Positions 1 through 10,803 are shown, counted from the first letter of the stretch. The stretch: 64,000 nt of DNA from Eubacteriales bacterium (GCA_045539335.1 JAZQFD010000007.1:89853-153852), one strand, 5' to 3'. Notes: generated from the sequence alone by a model not told the origin. A program made the numbers and translations.

Positions 1-206
1 GACATCAGCATGGTCATTACCAGCAGGCTGCAAACAATGGTGGTGGGCACCCGATGGGAGCCCAGATAGGTAAGCACCTGCTTGCTTTTTCCTTGGATCA
101 GCTTCCAAAGGCGTTGGCTCTTACTCAAAAGAGTCTTGCCGGTCTTTTGAGCGAAGGGTAAAACCTTCTGCCAAAGGCCAAGAAGCTTTTCTTTCAGTTT
201 CAGCAT
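1..206 (-). CDS. hypothetical protein, N-terminal part only (gene runs off the left edge)
   Basis: ATG on the complement at 206-204, preceded by an AAAGGAG-type RBS. The frame stays open to position 1. My translation is MLKLKEKLLGLWQKVLPFAQKTGKT...VPTTIVCSLLVMTML, ending in a hydrophobic stretch. It is absent from the ORF track because it is truncated. Confidence 0.4.
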   Translation of the reverse strand, partial: MLKLKEKLLGLWQKVLPFAQKTGKTLLSKSQRLWKLIQGKSKQVLTYLGSHRVPTTIVCSLLVMTMLM

Positions 207-330
207 AAAACGTACTCCTTTTTCGTGGCGAAGAGTAGGGAAAAATTTGGTTGCGCTCTTCGTCCTTATTTTGGATCTGTCTTTTCCAATTTATGCGGTT
301 TTGCGGATAAAAATTACAAAACCGTTACAC

Positions 331-359
331 AGTATAGTCCATACCAGCCGATTTGTCAA
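331..359 (-). promoter_or_regulatory. sigma-70-type promoter for the truncated left-edge gene
   Basis: On the minus strand: TTGACA (359-354), a 17-nt spacer by hand count, then TATACT (336-331). Confidence 0.35.
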
Positions 360-400
360 GTTTTTCGCCAAAAAAGTTACAATGCTGTAACTTTTTTGGC

Positions 401-437
401 AAAAAAAGACTTTCCGAAAATTCGGAAAGTCTTTTTC
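401..437. terminator. intrinsic terminator (bidirectional hairpin) after the lipoprotein gene
   Basis: Stem agactttccgaa / ttcggaaagtct, flanked by an A-run and a T-run. Confidence 0.6.
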
Positions 438-450
438 TGAAATTCTTAAA

Positions 451-1152
451 TTATTCTGTCACAAGAGAACTGTTGTCGTTTCTAACCGTGTATTTTGTTG
501 CCACGCAGAGGGGCTTTAATTGCTCATAAGTGTTCATATGATCCGGCACCCGAATGCACATACTGGATCCCCCTACGGGGAAAATGATATCTCTTAAATC
601 GGAATAATGTAAATAGCCATCTTCCGTTAGCGGAATCCCAATTTGATTCACCGCCGTTTGCATGGGGTCCTTATCCAAAAACTGATTTGGATTGTCGAAT
701 GTTACTGTAATGTTCATTGTATGATCATTCGGATTGGAAATCAATTTGTAGCGATATTGAATGTTATACTTTGATACTGTGATATGACTCAATGCATACT
801 CATCCGGAATGGCTGTCGGAACATAAAAGTAATCATAATACTTTTCCAAATCGCTTTGCTCAACAGATGTTTGAACAGAGTTGGTGGCATTCCCTGCGCT
901 CATTTCTGCCGCATGAATCATCTCATCCAACGAATCATAGCGTTCTTTCACCGGATCATCGCTTGTTTCTTCTTTTTCTGTTTCTTGAGACAAATGATCT
1001 GTTAAATCGTTTGTCGGATCAATCTTTTCAGCTTTTTCTGCAACGTTTTCTGTTTTTATGCCCTCTTCTAAAGCAGGTGAAGTACATCCCGTGATTAACA
1101 GAAGAATTATAAATAGCCCGACAATGCTTTTCAATGCTCGTTTATCAAACAT
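451..1152 (-). CDS. putative secreted lipoprotein, function unknown
   Basis: 233-aa ORF. The N-terminus MFDKRALKSIVGLFIILLLITGC has a signal peptide plus a lipobox Cys. GGAGGAG RBS. The region after the Cys is acidic and low-complexity. Confidence 0.6.
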   Translation of the reverse strand: MFDKRALKSIVGLFIILLLITGCTSPALEEGIKTENVAEKAEKIDPTNDLTDHLSQETEKEETSDDPVKERYDSLDEMIHAAEMSAGNATNSVQTSVEQSDLEKYYDYFYVPTAIPDEYALSHITVSKYNIQYRYKLISNPNDHTMNITVTFDNPNQFLDKDPMQTAVNQIGIPLTEDGYLHYSDLRDIIFPVGGSSMCIRVPDHMNTYEQLKPLCVATKYTVRNDNSSLVTE

Positions 1153-1164
1153 AATACTCCTCCT

Positions 1165-1335
1165 TTATTCTCCATACAGATAAGTATGAATACGGGTATA
1201 ACAAGCAGTACACCAATATCCTATGTTGCCTTTTAATATACACCTTTCGCCATCAACACAAGTATCATGTATTCCATTTAAATTATGTGTTAATTCATGT
1301 AAAATTGTATCTACAGTTTCGTCCCAATCGCCCAA
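1165..1335 (-). CDS. possible small (56 aa) Cys-rich protein with an HExxH motif; TTG start
   Basis: Hand translation: (M)GDWDETVDTILHELTHNLNGIHDTCVDGERCILKGNIGYWCTACYTRIHTYLYGE*. It fills the gap between two same-strand genes, and its stop overlaps the RBS of the downstream lipoprotein gene. It has no ATG start and is below the ORF-track size cutoff. Confidence 0.3.
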   Translation of the reverse strand: MGDWDETVDTILHELTHNLNGIHDTCVDGERCILKGNIGYWCTACYTRIHTYLYGE

Positions 1336-1341
1336 ACTCTT

Positions 1342-1773
1342 TTACCCCTTTATCTCTAATAATTCAAGCAGATTTTTTCTTAAGCCATCCGCATGTCGTA
1401 TGATAAACCTCGGTTGCCCGTGACTACCGTCAAAATAATTACCGTTTCCAAGCAAGATCATATTCATTCCATTATCATCTTGGAGCACAATAATCAACTG
1501 TGTGTCTGAAATACTATATCCAGAACTACGGCTCAATGAAGGAATTCTTTTATATTGATCAATACATTGCAGAATTTCCCGCTCATTGTAGTTGGAAATT
1601 TTCTTTAAGTCGAGTTTATCCTCCCCAAAATACGGATTATATTCGATCGAAACGATCGATGTTCCCTCAAAATCATCGATGATAGGCTTTGGATAAAAAT
1701 AGATTCCTCCTCCAATCAAAAGAATCGCAATTATCAACGATATAATCATAGATTTCTTTTTAAAAAGCCACAT
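1342..1773 (-). CDS. membrane-anchored hypothetical protein
   Basis: 143-aa ORF. The N-terminal segment MWLFKKKSMIISLIIAILLIGGGIYF is a TM segment. No family recognised. Confidence 0.5.
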   Translation of the reverse strand: MWLFKKKSMIISLIIAILLIGGGIYFYPKPIIDDFEGTSIVSIEYNPYFGEDKLDLKKISNYNEREILQCIDQYKRIPSLSRSSGYSISDTQLIIVLQDDNGMNMILLGNGNYFDGSHGQPRFIIRHADGLRKNLLELLEIKG

Positions 1774-1886
1774 ATTAAACTCCGTCTTTCATCCCATAAA
1801 ATTTTTCGTTGTTATCATCTTTGATTTCTATAAACTAAAAAACGCAGAAGCCGAAAGAGAGGATTTGCGGCGGCTTCTGCGCAAGA

Positions 1887-1973
1887 TTAAGACAGTGTTA
1901 GGGCATTAAAGCGCATAGGAATGGGTCTTGCCCCGACAGGATTGCCGCCGGTATGGAACACAAAAATACGCAT
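1887..1973 (-). CDS. possible 28-aa micro-ORF (MRIFVFHTGGNPVGARPIPMRFNALTLS)
   Basis: AAAGGAGGA RBS 7 nt before the ATG. The stop is followed directly by the hairpin gcagaagccg...cggcttctgc plus a T-run. No homology recognised. Confidence 0.25.
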   Translation of the reverse strand: MRIFVFHTGGNPVGARPIPMRFNALTLS

Positions 1974-2164
1974 GGCTCATTCCTCCTTTGTTTTTTAAAG
2001 AGATCTCCTTGATTTCATATTAACAAGGTTTTTAGCATTTGTAAACGGCTTTTTGGAAAACATTTCAACTTCTCTTTTTTGCACAAAAAAATTCATAAAA
2101 TTTCTACGCGAAAAAATGTCAAAAAAACGCCCCTCAATCGTACTTTAAAGAGGAGCGTTTTTAT

Positions 2165-2833
2165 CTAAATCACATAATTGACCACAGCCACGAATTGTAA
2201 GATGGAGCCGATCAGCGCAAATAAATGCCAAAGGAAATGCATATTGGGCTTTTTCAAGCGGTAGAAGAAATACCCTGCTGAGTAGAAAATTCCGCCGCCC
2301 AAAAGGTAGATCAGCCCCGCAGGTGCCATTTTCAGGATCATGGGATAGGCGGCAAAGATGATGGCCCAGCCCATCAGCACATAAAGGGGGGTGGTGAATT
2401 TTTTGAATTTATTCAGTGCCACTGCATCAAAGGTGATGCCGATGGCAGCAATGGCCCATTGGATGCCAAAGATGGTCCAGCCCAGTGCCCCCTTTAAGGT
2501 GATGAGGGTCACCGGCGTGTAGGTGCCGGCGATCAGCAAAAAGATGGTGGCATGATCCAAAATCCGAAAGACCTTTTTGGCGCTGCGATTGGTCAGCGCA
2601 TGGGAAAGGGTGGAGATGGTATAAAGGATGATCAGGGATGCTCCGTAAATCACCGATGCCACCACCGCCATGGCGCTGCCGCTGCCTGCCGCCCGAATGG
2701 TCATAAAGCAAAGGGCAAAGACCCCGAAAAGGGCGCCTGCTCCATGGGTCAGAGCAGAGAGCAGCTCCTCCGAGGGGGCATAATAGACCGGTGTGACCCG
2801 TTCGTTTTTCATGTTTTTATCTTGTTTCATCAT
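2165..2833 (-). CDS. hemolysin III / PAQR family membrane protein
   Basis: 222 aa with 7 predicted TM segments. Family-typical strings: LSALTHGAG, HATIFLLIAGTYTP, FHLFALIGSILQF. Confidence 0.85.
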   Translation of the reverse strand: MMKQDKNMKNERVTPVYYAPSEELLSALTHGAGALFGVFALCFMTIRAAGSGSAMAVVASVIYGASLIILYTISTLSHALTNRSAKKVFRILDHATIFLLIAGTYTPVTLITLKGALGWTIFGIQWAIAAIGITFDAVALNKFKKFTTPLYVLMGWAIIFAAYPMILKMAPAGLIYLLGGGIFYSAGYFFYRLKKPNMHFLWHLFALIGSILQFVAVVNYVI

Positions 2834-2842
2834 TATTATATA

Positions 2843-3499
2843 TTAGGAAAGGTATTTGACGGTTCGTTCAATGGAATCCTTGGAGTTTTTCCAATCTTCC
2901 TTTTCATAGCGATAGTCAAATTTCTTGCAGAACCAATCCAGATCCTCTTTTAAGGTATCAATGTATTTTTTATTGCAGGCGGTCAGCGCATCGGCAAAGG
3001 GCGCCCGCTCTTTTTTGCCAAGGGTTTTCTCGGCCATTTCCAGCAGCTTGGCGCTATGGGTTTTGCAGAAATATTCCTGCTCTCCAAAAAGCTTGCGAAA
3101 ATCCTCTTCCACCGAATATAAATAGCAGATGTTATCGGCAACGCTGTTCATAAACCCTGCTACCCGACTGCAAAGATAGCAGCTTTTGCGAGCATCGGCA
3201 TAGGCGCCGGCGGCTTTTTTGCTATTGCCCTTAAAGAGCTTGCCATCCAGCTCCCCCAAATGGGTGGAAAGCATCAAAGCAAGGGGCAGTTTATTGCCGC
3301 TTTGCAGCAACCGCTCCAGATGGGTCTTGCAAAAGCCCTTTTTATTGGTCTCCTTGCGAATATCCGGCTCCATCATGGCGGCCCCTAAGATCCGCTGGAT
3401 CTCATCGGCCTCTAATTGATTGCGAATGGTGCAGACCGGACAGCCGCATTTTTCGTTGAAGGCCTCTTTGATTTTAATGGAATAGATTTTTTCAGCCAT
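2843..3499 (-). CDS. Cys-rich uncharacterised protein (resembles the clostridial DUF6062 family, from memory)
   Basis: 218 aa. Contains CGCPVC near the N-terminus and further Cys pairs (CKTH, CYLC). Tightly packed upstream of the hemolysin III gene. Confidence 0.55.
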   Translation of the reverse strand: MAEKIYSIKIKEAFNEKCGCPVCTIRNQLEADEIQRILGAAMMEPDIRKETNKKGFCKTHLERLLQSGNKLPLALMLSTHLGELDGKLFKGNSKKAAGAYADARKSCYLCSRVAGFMNSVADNICYLYSVEEDFRKLFGEQEYFCKTHSAKLLEMAEKTLGKKERAPFADALTACNKKYIDTLKEDLDWFCKKFDYRYEKEDWKNSKDSIERTVKYLS

Positions 3500-3574
3500 G
3501 TTTTATCCTTTCCGTCACACATTTTCCCCCTCCCTCATAGGATACAACAAATAAGCGACAAGGAGGGAAGACAC

Positions 3575-3667
3575 ATGTGTGGTTGCTTTAATGATTTGTT
3601 TGAGAACAACGGTTGTCTGTTGGTAATTCTCGCCATCATCCTGATTTGGTGTTGCTGTAACGACTAA
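3575..3667 (+). CDS. 30-aa Cys-rich hydrophobic micro-protein
   Basis: Internal ATG of the 3416..3667 ORF, preceded by AAGGAGGGA. Sequence MCGCFNDLFENNGCLLVILAIILIWCCCND, followed by a strong terminator. Confidence 0.45.
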   Translation: MCGCFNDLFENNGCLLVILAIILIWCCCND

Positions 3668-3678
3668 GACGTAAAGAA

Positions 3679-3724
3679 CAGCAGGGCTTCCCCCCTTTTT
3701 GGGCGGGGAAGCCTGCTTTTTTTA
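3679..3724. terminator. intrinsic terminator shared by convergent genes
   Basis: Stem agcagggcttcccc / ggggaagcctgct followed by TTTTTTT. Confidence 0.7.
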
Positions 3725-5938
3725 TTCGTCAAACAATGTGACCTGTTGATCCGGCAGATCTTGCTGGCGCAGAAGGTGACCCACGGCGGGGATATTCTTG
3801 GTGCGGTAGTAAGAAAGATTCGTCAGGCCCAGCTCGGCCACGGTGGTCACTTTATCCAGCTTGTGCTTGCCCTTTTGGGACATGCAGGAAACGCCCTGGG
3901 TTGCCTTGGTACTCTTGGCAGGAATGAGCGCCGAATGGACCACCAGCGCCTTTTGATTGGAGGAGATCAGCACCAGATCCTGCTCCTCGGTGATCTGCAA
4001 GGTGGCGGCTAAGGGGGATTTATCGCTATAGGCATTGACCAGACGCTTGCGGTTGGTCACCGTCTTATAAGAGGAAAGGGGCACCTTGGCGGCTTTGCCG
4101 TTTTCAAAGAAGAAGAGCATATCGCCACTGTAATCGGTGGTGATTGCCATGGCGACCACCGTTTCACCCTGCTCCATTTCCAGCTTGGCAGGCAGATAAT
4201 CGCCCAAAAGACTTGCCTTGGTATCCTCAAATTCATAGCCCTTGGTCTTATAAGCGTTTTGCATGGAGGTGAAGAAGATCAGCTCGGCTTTATTGGTGGA
4301 TTCTACCATGCGGGCAAGCCCGTCTCCATCCTTATATTTTTGAGCGCTGTTCATCCGCAAAGACTGCGGTGTGATCTTTTTAAAGTAGCCTTCCTTGGAG
4401 AGGAAGTAGGTGCAGGGATAATCCTCAATCTGTTCGCTTTCATCGATCTCCACCATCTGATCCTCATAGACCAGCTCGGTCTTTCGGGGAGTGGCGTGGG
4501 TCTTTTTGATCCGCTTGAGATCACTTTCAATGAGTTTATGGATCTTGGTGCGGCTCTTGAGAATGCTTTCCATCTCTGCAATTTCTTTTTCCAGCTCCTC
4601 GATCTCCTCCAAGCGATGGAGGATGTATTCCTTATTGAGATGGCGCAGCTTGATGTTGGCGATGAATTCGGCCTGAATCTCGTCCACACCGAAGCCGATC
4701 ATCAAATTGGGCACCACTTCTTCTTCTCGCTCGGTGTCCTTAACGATCTTTACGGCTTTATCAATATCCAAAAGGATCTTGCGCAGACCCAAGAGAAGAT
4801 GCAGCTTGTCTTTGGCTTTATTGAGATTAAAATAGGTGCGGCGCTTGATGCATTCGGTGCGGAAGGCCACCCATTCTTCAATAATGGCCCGAACGCCCAG
4901 CACCTGCGGGGTGCCGGCGATCAGCAGATTGAAGTTACAGCCGAAGGTATCCTCCAAGGGAGTCATTTTAAAGAGCTTGGCCATCAGATTATCGATATTG
5001 GTGCCTCGCTTGGGCTCGATGGTGATGCGAAGACCGGTTTTATCGGACATATCCTTCACATCATTCAGTTCCTTCAGCTTGCCGGCTTTATAAAGCTCAA
5101 TGATCTTATCGATAATGGCCTCCACGGTGGTGGTATAAGGAATCTCGGTAATGTGAATGAGATTGCCCTTGGGCTCTATCGTATATTTGGCACGCACCCG
5201 AATGGAGCCACGGCCGGTTTCATAAACCTCTTTGATCTGGGATTGATGAACCAGCAGTTGCCCGCCGGTGGAAAAATCGGGGCCGGGCATGGTCAGTTCA
5301 ATGGGATGATCGGGGTTTTCCATTAGGGCGATAACGGTGTCGCACACCTCGCCCAGATTAAAGGAGCAGATATTGGAGGCCATACCCACCGCAATACCCT
5401 GATTGGGGGTGGTGAGGATGGTGGGGAAGGAGACCGGCAGTAGGGTGGGCTCGGTGGTGGAATTATCGTAGTTGGGCACAAAATCCACCGTATCCTTATC
5501 AATATCATCAAATAATTCTTTACAGATGGGAGCCAGCTTTGCCTCGGTATACCGAGAGGCGGCATAGGCCATATCCCGAGAATAAACCTTACCGAAGTTG
5601 CCCTTGGACTCCACAAAGGGAAGGGGCAGCGCTTCATTACCACGGGACAGGCGTACCATGGTTTCATAGATAGCACCATCGCCATGGGGGTTGAGGGTCA
5701 TGGTGGCGCCAACGATATTGGCGCTCTTGATCAGATCCCCCGTCAGCAAACCTTTCTTATACATGGTATAAAGGAGCTTGCGGTGAGCGGGCTTTAAACC
5801 GTCGATCTCCGGGATGGCACGGGAGAGAATGACGCTCATGGCGTAAGGCATATAGTTGGTCTCTAAGGTCTCCACCACGCCCTGCAAGATCGGCTCTTTT
5901 TCAATATATTCTTTTTCCGGTTGCTTTTTCTTTGCCAT
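3722..5938 (-). CDS. DNA gyrase/topoisomerase IV subunit A (ParC-like)
   Basis: 738 aa. Contains YAMSVILSRAIPEIDGLKPAHRKLLY and HPHGDGAIYETMVRL, with the catalytic Tyr context AASRYTEAKL. It is shorter than a typical GyrA and sits directly downstream of the B subunit. Confidence 0.85.
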   Translation of the reverse strand: MAKKKQPEKEYIEKEPILQGVVETLETNYMPYAMSVILSRAIPEIDGLKPAHRKLLYTMYKKGLLTGDLIKSANIVGATMTLNPHGDGAIYETMVRLSRGNEALPLPFVESKGNFGKVYSRDMAYAASRYTEAKLAPICKELFDDIDKDTVDFVPNYDNSTTEPTLLPVSFPTILTTPNQGIAVGMASNICSFNLGEVCDTVIALMENPDHPIELTMPGPDFSTGGQLLVHQSQIKEVYETGRGSIRVRAKYTIEPKGNLIHITEIPYTTTVEAIIDKIIELYKAGKLKELNDVKDMSDKTGLRITIEPKRGTNIDNLMAKLFKMTPLEDTFGCNFNLLIAGTPQVLGVRAIIEEWVAFRTECIKRRTYFNLNKAKDKLHLLLGLRKILLDIDKAVKIVKDTEREEEVVPNLMIGFGVDEIQAEFIANIKLRHLNKEYILHRLEEIEELEKEIAEMESILKSRTKIHKLIESDLKRIKKTHATPRKTELVYEDQMVEIDESEQIEDYPCTYFLSKEGYFKKITPQSLRMNSAQKYKDGDGLARMVESTNKAELIFFTSMQNAYKTKGYEFEDTKASLLGDYLPAKLEMEQGETVVAMAITTDYSGDMLFFFENGKAAKVPLSSYKTVTNRKRLVNAYSDKSPLAATLQITEEQDLVLISSNQKALVVHSALIPAKSTKATQGVSCMSQKGKHKLDKVTTVAELGLTNLSYYRTKNIPAVGHLLRQQDLPDQQVTLFDE

Positions 5939-5953
5939 TACACTCCACCTCCT

Positions 5954-7939
5954 TTATGAAAGATCCAGATCATCCAGATAAAGATGACCGTATTCGGCAA
6001 TATAATCCTTTCGGCCGGCCAGATTGTCGCCCAAAAGAATATCAAAGATGCGGGCGGTTTCCTCTGCCTCCGAGGGAGTCACTTTAATTAAGCGGCGGGT
6101 CTCGGGATTCATGGTGGTTTGCCACATCATCTCCGGCTCGTTTTCACCAAGACCTTTGCTTCGCATGATCTTGACCTTGCGTCCCTCCAGCTTGGAAAGG
6201 ATCTCCTCTTTTTCCTTTTCGGTATAGGCAAAATAGGTGTTCTTTTTGGTTTTATCGGTAATCTCATAGAGGGGAGATTCCGCAATATACACATAGCCCT
6301 TGTCAATAAGGGTGGGGGTCAAGCGATAAAGCATGGTGAGGATCAGGGTGCGGATCTGGAAACCGTCTACATCCGCATCGGTACAGATGATGATCTTATT
6401 CCAGCGCAGAGCGTCCAGATCAAAGCTCTGGATGCCCTTGGCGGTCTTGCCGCTGATCTCTACCCCGCAGCCCAAAACCTTTAAAAGGTCGATGATCACA
6501 TCGCTTTTGAAGATCTTACTGTATTCTGCCTTTAAGCAGTTGAGGATCTTCCCTCTGACCGGCATAATGGCTTGGAAATTACTGTCTCGCCCTTGCTTAC
6601 AGGAGCCCAGAGCAGAGTCACCCTCCACGATATAGATTTCTCGCTTGGAGATATCCTTGGTCTGGCAATCCACGAATTTTTGCACCCGATTGGCCATATC
6701 AATGGAGCCGGAAAGGGCTTTTTTTACATTGATGCGCTCTTTTTCGCTCTTTTCCCGTGCCCGCTTGTTGACCAAAATCTGATTGGTGATCTTTTGAGCT
6801 TCGTTGGGGTTTTCGATAAAATAGATTCTCAGATTTTGCCGCAGAAAATCGGTGGTGCATTCCTGAATGAATTTATTGGTAATGCTCTTTTTGGTTTGAT
6901 TTTCATAAGAGGTGATGGTGGAGAAGCAGTTGGAGACCAAAACCAAGCAGTCTGCCACATCGGCAAAGGTGACCTTGCTCTCGCCCTTATTGTACTTCCC
7001 ATTGTTCTTAAGATAGGCGTCCACCTCTGCCACAAAGGCGGTTTTGGCGGCCTTGTCCGGCGCACCGCCATGCTCCAAAAAGCTGGAGTTATGGTAATAC
7101 TCAATGAGGTTGACTCGATTGGAGAAGGCCACACAGCAGGAAAGCTTTACCTTATATTCGGGGCGATCCTCCCGATCCCGACCCACTCGCTCATCCTGCC
7201 AGAAGACCGGCGTGGAGAGGGCATCCTCGCCCATCATTTCCTTCACATAGTCCACAATGCCTTCTTTATAGCAGTATTCCTTGGTCTCAAAGCCTTTATC
7301 GATCTCATTTTTAAAGATGAAGGTCAGCCCCGCATTGACCACTGCCTGCTTTTGCAGAATGTCTTCATAGTAAGAAGCGTCTACGGCAATATCGGTAAAC
7401 ACATCCCGATCGGGCTTCCAATGGGTCACGGTACCGGTGCGTTTGCCGGTAAAGGGCTCCTCGGTCAATCCGCCCACATTGAATCCCTTTTCAAAATGGA
7501 GGCTGTATTTTTTACCGTCTCGATAAACGGTTACATCCATGTATTCGGAGGAGAATTGGGTAGCACAGGCGCCCAAACCGTTAAGACCCAAAGAGTACTC
7601 ATAGTTCTGCCCCTGATTGGTATTATATTTACCGCCGGCATAGAGTTCGCAATAGACCAACTCCCAGTTGAAGCGGTCCTCTCTTTGGTTGTAGCCCACC
7701 GGAACGCCTCGCCCGAAGTCTTCCACCTCTACCGAACCGTCCTTGAAGCGAGTGACTGTGATCTTGGAGCCAAAGCCTTCTCTTGCCTCGTCGATGGAGT
7801 TGGAGAGGATTTCAAAGATCGCATGCTGGCAGCCGTCCAAACCGTCCGACCCGAAGATAACGCCCGGCCGAAGCCGTACCTGATCCGGACCTTTTAATTT
7901 AACGATACTGTCGTCGTTGTACTCGTTTTTTCTTGCCAT
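5954..7939 (-). CDS. DNA gyrase/topoisomerase IV subunit B (ParE-like)
   Basis: 661 aa. Has a GHKL ATPase N-terminus (HAIFEILSNSIDEA, GLNGLGA) and a Toprim region (EIYIVEGDSALGS, IICTDADVDGFQI). Confidence 0.9.
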   Translation of the reverse strand: MARKNEYNDDSIVKLKGPDQVRLRPGVIFGSDGLDGCQHAIFEILSNSIDEAREGFGSKITVTRFKDGSVEVEDFGRGVPVGYNQREDRFNWELVYCELYAGGKYNTNQGQNYEYSLGLNGLGACATQFSSEYMDVTVYRDGKKYSLHFEKGFNVGGLTEEPFTGKRTGTVTHWKPDRDVFTDIAVDASYYEDILQKQAVVNAGLTFIFKNEIDKGFETKEYCYKEGIVDYVKEMMGEDALSTPVFWQDERVGRDREDRPEYKVKLSCCVAFSNRVNLIEYYHNSSFLEHGGAPDKAAKTAFVAEVDAYLKNNGKYNKGESKVTFADVADCLVLVSNCFSTITSYENQTKKSITNKFIQECTTDFLRQNLRIYFIENPNEAQKITNQILVNKRAREKSEKERINVKKALSGSIDMANRVQKFVDCQTKDISKREIYIVEGDSALGSCKQGRDSNFQAIMPVRGKILNCLKAEYSKIFKSDVIIDLLKVLGCGVEISGKTAKGIQSFDLDALRWNKIIICTDADVDGFQIRTLILTMLYRLTPTLIDKGYVYIAESPLYEITDKTKKNTYFAYTEKEKEEILSKLEGRKVKIMRSKGLGENEPEMMWQTTMNPETRRLIKVTPSEAEETARIFDILLGDNLAGRKDYIAEYGHLYLDDLDLS

Positions 7940-8068
7940 GGGTTCCTCCTACATAATAAATCTCATACTGATCAATTATACTATATCTTGTGGTCAGTTG
8001 TCAATTATAGACTTTTTAATTATTGTGTAGTATAATCAAGTAAATATTAAATTGGAGACCTGTTTGTT

Positions 8069-8932
8069 ATGATTCTGAATCTTGCCCGAAAACTGAGTTT
8101 TCCCGAGGAGGCCCTTTTGGCTCTCCAAAAGGATTTAGATGCCATTTTCGCCCTACCTCAAGGGGCGGCACGCCTGCAAGAAGGCGGCGAGAAGATGGTG
8201 GCGGAAAAGGAGCCCTCCTTCCGAGCCCTTTCCAAGGCCTTGGCTGAGGAGAGCGGGGTGCGGGTGCAGACGGTAGAACTGCTGATGCAGCTTTATGCCG
8301 CTCTTGCCTTGAAAAAGATCTATGAGGAAAAAGGGTATTCCGAGGAGCTGTATTGGGAGACCATGAAGGATCTCCTTTGCAAAATGCTGGAATGCCATGA
8401 GGTTTATGGCTTTTGGGGTACCGTCGCCGCCGATTGGCAGCAGGGCTTTTTTACCTGCAAAATGTTCCAATTGGGGCGGCTTCAGTATGAAGTGTTTTCC
8501 CTGCCCATTGACTATAAGAATTACAAAACCGGCGATTTGGCCTACAACTTACATATCCCCTCCGGCGGTTCCATGAGCGAGGCGGCAGTACTGGATTCCT
8601 TGAAAAAGGCTCACGCCTTTTTTGCACCGAAGGATGGTGTTTTGCCCATCCACCTGCACTCCTGGTTGATTTATCCTGCCCATTATGCGGTGTATCCCGA
8701 AGGGGGCAATCTGCGGAAATTCTATGATCTTTTTGATGTGTTTGAGCCCGTGGAAAAGCCTAAAAATCCTTACCTTTGGCGGATCTTCGGCATCGAAAAA
8801 TGCGAGGATTATTCCACTCTCCCTGAAAAGACCTCCCTCCAGCGTCGGTTCAAGGAGTATCTTCTTTCGGGGAAGTGTATGGGCGCTGCCCGAGGAATGT
8901 TGCTCTTTGACGGCGAAAAAATCTTGGAATAA
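8069..8932 (+). CDS. uncharacterised protein, possibly an acyltransferase(GNAT-like C-terminal)-domain protein
   Basis: 287-aa ORF with a plausible RBS. The family assignment rests only on remembered similarity (GRLQYE, HIPSGG, HSWLIYP strings). Confidence 0.4.
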   Translation: MILNLARKLSFPEEALLALQKDLDAIFALPQGAARLQEGGEKMVAEKEPSFRALSKALAEESGVRVQTVELLMQLYAALALKKIYEEKGYSEELYWETMKDLLCKMLECHEVYGFWGTVAADWQQGFFTCKMFQLGRLQYEVFSLPIDYKNYKTGDLAYNLHIPSGGSMSEAAVLDSLKKAHAFFAPKDGVLPIHLHSWLIYPAHYAVYPEGGNLRKFYDLFDVFEPVEKPKNPYLWRIFGIEKCEDYSTLPEKTSLQRRFKEYLLSGKCMGAARGMLLFDGEKILE

Positions 8933-8998
8933 ACCCAAAAAACTCTTGCATTCTTATTGGAAAATTGATAAAATATTTGAAATACACATTTTTTATAA

Positions 8999-10492
<1,494 letters not shown>

Positions 10493-10498
10493 GGATAG

Positions 10499-10792
10499 AT
10501 GTATAAGATGAAAGATCTTGCGTTGATCGACCATCTGGCAAGCCTTTCCCGCCTTTCTTTTGAAGGCGAGGCCAAGGAACGGATGGCAAAAGATATGGAA
10601 AGCATTATGAAATTGATGGATACCATCACCGAGGTGGAAATTTCGGAGGAGGATTATCCCTTAAAAGCCGAAGGCGGAATGGAGCTGCTGCGGGAAGATG
10701 AAGTGCAGCCCTCTATGCCGGTGGAGGATGCACTGGCCAATGCCAAGGGCAAGCTGTATCATTTCATTGCTGTGCAGAAATTGATGGATTGA
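10499..10792 (+). CDS. gatC: Asp/Glu-tRNA amidotransferase subunit C
   Basis: 97 aa, placed immediately upstream of and overlapping gatA. Typical GatC strings are present (LSRLSF...E, LREDE). The start could instead be the ATG at 10508. Confidence 0.8.
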   Translation: MYKMKDLALIDHLASLSRLSFEGEAKERMAKDMESIMKLMDTITEVEISEEDYPLKAEGGMELLREDEVQPSMPVEDALANAKGKLYHFIAVQKLMD

Positions 10793-10803
10793 GGTGGAAT
10801 GAG

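Noticed and set aside
225-440. 71-aa plus-strand ORF in the first intergenic region.
   Set aside because: The interval is better explained by a minus-strand promoter (331-359) and terminator hairpins. The ORF has no RBS, and its sequence is basic and low-complexity.
6572-7897. 441-aa ORF on the plus strand, fully inside the topoisomerase B-subunit gene. Similar long antisense ORFs occur at 4259..5326, 9044..9787, 9809..10534 and 11128..12396.
   Set aside because: These are shadow ORFs opposite strongly recognisable genes. Their translations are low-complexity (Gly/His/Ile/Leu-rich), they lack RBSs, and they match no family. This is typical of mirror frames in genes with biased codon use.
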